DNA of 64,000 nucleotides from the NCBI RefSeq assembly GCF_964355755.1, contig NC_092675.1:16092912-16156911 (forward strand), in the 5' to 3' direction. Of the stretch, positions 61,399-64,000 are shown piece by piece. The stretch comes from Antedon mediterranea. Taxonomy: Eukaryota; Animalia; Echinodermata. Both the position numbers and the translations under genes were made by a program. Each line of letters opens with the position of its first letter. The first letter of the stretch is position 1. Under the pieces are notes generated by a model, which was not told the DNA's origin, searched no databases, and was given only the letters and a program-made list of their open reading frames with translations.

Positions 61399-62258
61399 AT
61401 AAAAGCGATTGACTAAAAAAGTGTGTAAAAGTAAACTGATTTCATGTTTGCCCATAGTGTAAAGTTTGATTCACACAAACAAGCAGGATTATTAGTTTAG
61501 TTCAATGTTAGTTCATCTTTTATAAAAACGGAATAATTAGTAGTGTAAAGAATTCCAGCGAAGGCAGACAAATTAAATTATTATTGAAATAATATCACCA
61601 ACATGCTTTGAGATAACAATAATACAATTAGTAACAAAAGGAGAATAAAGTTTAACATTTGTATAGATATGTCTGTCTTGTAACACGCGAGACAGGCAAC
61701 TAATATTAGTTGTTGCATACCTGAAAACCACACAAGATTGAAATGGAAAAAAATACATATACAATATTATCATTCTTTCAGAAGGTGGTTTATTCCATTA
61801 AGCCTTTAAATATTGAGAAATTGTTTAAGATTAGACGATCCAAAACATTCTCATATTATAATATCTTTTTTTTAAATTAAGTAGGAGGATAGCTGGCATA
61901 CTATACAGCGAATCTATACTATAATTAAAAACAATAATATTATAAGAAGTACATAATTAAATGTTGTTTTTTATTTTGTTTGTTTTTTGTTTGTTTTATC
62001 GAACTTCAATTATCATGGCGGGATTTAAAGTAAATTAAGATAATAGGGGGCGTACGGATTATCTATTTTTTTCTACCGTTCCTATCAGTCATGTGCTGTG
62101 ATTGACCAATCATATTTGACTGTCCTGGCTTAAATTCTTAAATAAATTAACTTTAGTTGCAAATCATTACTCCATAGGACGGTTATTATACAACAACCGA
62201 AACTTCGAGATATTACGTAGTGTATTGTAAACATTATACTAGGCCTAAATAAGGAACG

Positions 62259-63999
62259 ATGGTATGTCTAATAAATGTAAGTCGAGTTATTTCGACAGCT
62301 CTCCAAAAGTTATTTTACAGGTAAGTACGGTAAACCTTTTAATTACATACTATAGGCATACTATAAACTATAGAGTCTATGCGTTCACATTATTAATTTC
62401 AATTTAAAAGGAAGATTATCTCTGTGTATGTTTCTTAAAAACAGAGAAATACCCCCACTTTAAACGTGAGTGGACGTAAGGTTCTTGTCAATGAGAGTAT
62501 ATATATATATATATATATCTTGAATACCCTAATGTATATCGAAATAGGTCTTTTCGTTGTCTATAAAATCTTAATCTCAAATTTGATGATAGAATTGGAT
62601 GGTTTACTGGAAGAAACCCGTATACTTGCATTGGTGTCTGTCTGTTAGTAACGTTCCTACTTGGATTCGGAATTACAGTCCTAAAGGAGGAGCATAGAGG
62701 AGACAAACTGTGGGTGTCAGAAGACTCACCAAATCAAGCGTACTATAGACACATTCAAGAGAATTACAAAGATCCATTTACTGAAGAATTAATCATAACC
62801 AGCCATGATATATTAACACCTGACTCGCTGAGTTCGGTAAGTCTACAACTAACCTAAACTCAAAACTTAACTCATAGTAGAGACCTACCAGCATGATTGG
62901 ACGCAGAGCGTGTACCCCAACTCACCCCTTCCTCCCCTCCACACTTCCCTTCTACGATTGTAAATTGTTAACTTTAATTTGGTAAATACAGTAGTAAGGC
63001 TTAATGTCATGAAACAGTTTTACGACATATAGATATATTCGTTTCTTCATATTTGTTTAATCCTACTTAGGCCGACGTTAAGATCCGTCATAATTCAGAA
63101 GATCCATCTAAGCTATGAAAATGTTATAGAACAGCCTAATTTTAGTACGGCTTTGTTACTAATTGTTGGTGTGACTATGCACAGCAAAGCGGAAGCTTTG
63201 AAGCAGAAAACGATATAACATCATCTCAAATAAAGTATTCATGTTGAAACAGATGTTATGTCTATATCTAATACATAATGTAAATGTACGTCTTTTAAAT
63301 TGAAACAGTTATGATTAAATCAATTGATGTATGTACCATAGTAAAAATCTTAATATCGTTTCCGTAATTATGCGTTCTTTTATCAGATGTTATTAATTGA
63401 TGAGACTGTAAAATCAGTGAATGTTGGCAAATCGTGGGATGAAATATGCTATCGGTACGTACACTCTAGACAATAATATGCGCGTATAATAATAACTTGT
63501 TATATTTTTTTTTAAATAAGGAATTACATCAATAAAAATAATGTGTTCGTATATGTCCCTTTAAGACAGTTCTTTCGCTACTGGCGATAATAAATATCTA
63601 ATAAAAAAAGAACGTTACTCTCACCTATTACACCTATTATTTTTCACAAACATTTAACAATTCACATTTAAACTATCCATTGTAATACAAACAAGCATAC
63701 TTTTTAATTCGGTATATTGAATGTAGTTTATAAGATTAACGTTTTTGTTAACGTGTATTTAATAAGATAATTTTCGAAAATGTGGTATTGTTTATTTATC
63801 ATGCCTGTCTACTTCGAAAAGGGATGTTTAGAAAAACACTAAATATTCTTACAAATGGAATTTTTGTTTGATTTGTTAGGGTTGGAGAGTTTTGTTACAG
63901 TTCAAGTATTTTAGAAGTTTGGGGGTTTAATAAAAGAATTATCAATAACCTAACACGAGAAGATATCCTAGATAAAATAAATGCCTTACACGTTTTCAG
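62259..63999 (+). CDS. Patched-domain-containing protein, paralogue C, first four coding exons (runs off the right edge)
   Basis: Exons 62259-62320, 62593-62836 (244 nt, as in A and B), 63387-63454 (68 nt) and 63880-63999. Peptides KLWVSEDS...NYKDPF, VGKSWDEICY and SSILEVWGFN align with paralogues A and B. Confidence 0.9.
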
Positions 64000-64000
64000 G

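Overview
AT-rich, intron-rich eukaryotic DNA from a metazoan. The repeat landscape suggests a marine invertebrate such as an echinoderm (inference only). No prokaryotic operon, rRNA, tRNA or CRISPR array is visible. Genes, spliced by hand from GT-AG sites and reading frame: (1) the 5' half of an SGTA/SGTB-type TPR co-chaperone on the minus strand (coding exons 883-7480, continuing off the left edge); (2) a tandem array of three Patched-domain/NPC1-like sterol-sensing (RND) genes on the plus strand, two complete with 17 coding exons (about 890 and 909 aa) and one running off the right edge, all with the same intron phases. Introns and intergenic DNA are packed with transposons: an Academ-like element (3-bp TSD) abutting the probable SGT first exon and carrying a nested Mutator-like foldback element; a very young non-autonomous LTR element (624-bp LTRs, PBS, PPT, 4-bp TSD); LINEs, one with an intact 685-aa RT ORF inserted into an older LINE; Kolobok, hAT and Harbinger MITEs; Helentron-associated elements; and two elements with 5-bp TSDs. 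The least expected signal is a layer of probable transposon excision scars: 16-32 bp CA...TG palindromes between 7-bp direct repeats, sometimes stacked at one site (P-element-like footprints), and a strong excess of TA-GGCC-TA, TA-CAG/CTG-TA and TA-CGG/CCG-TA words. Transposon family labels come from terminal sequences, TSD lengths and remembered motifs, not from database searches.
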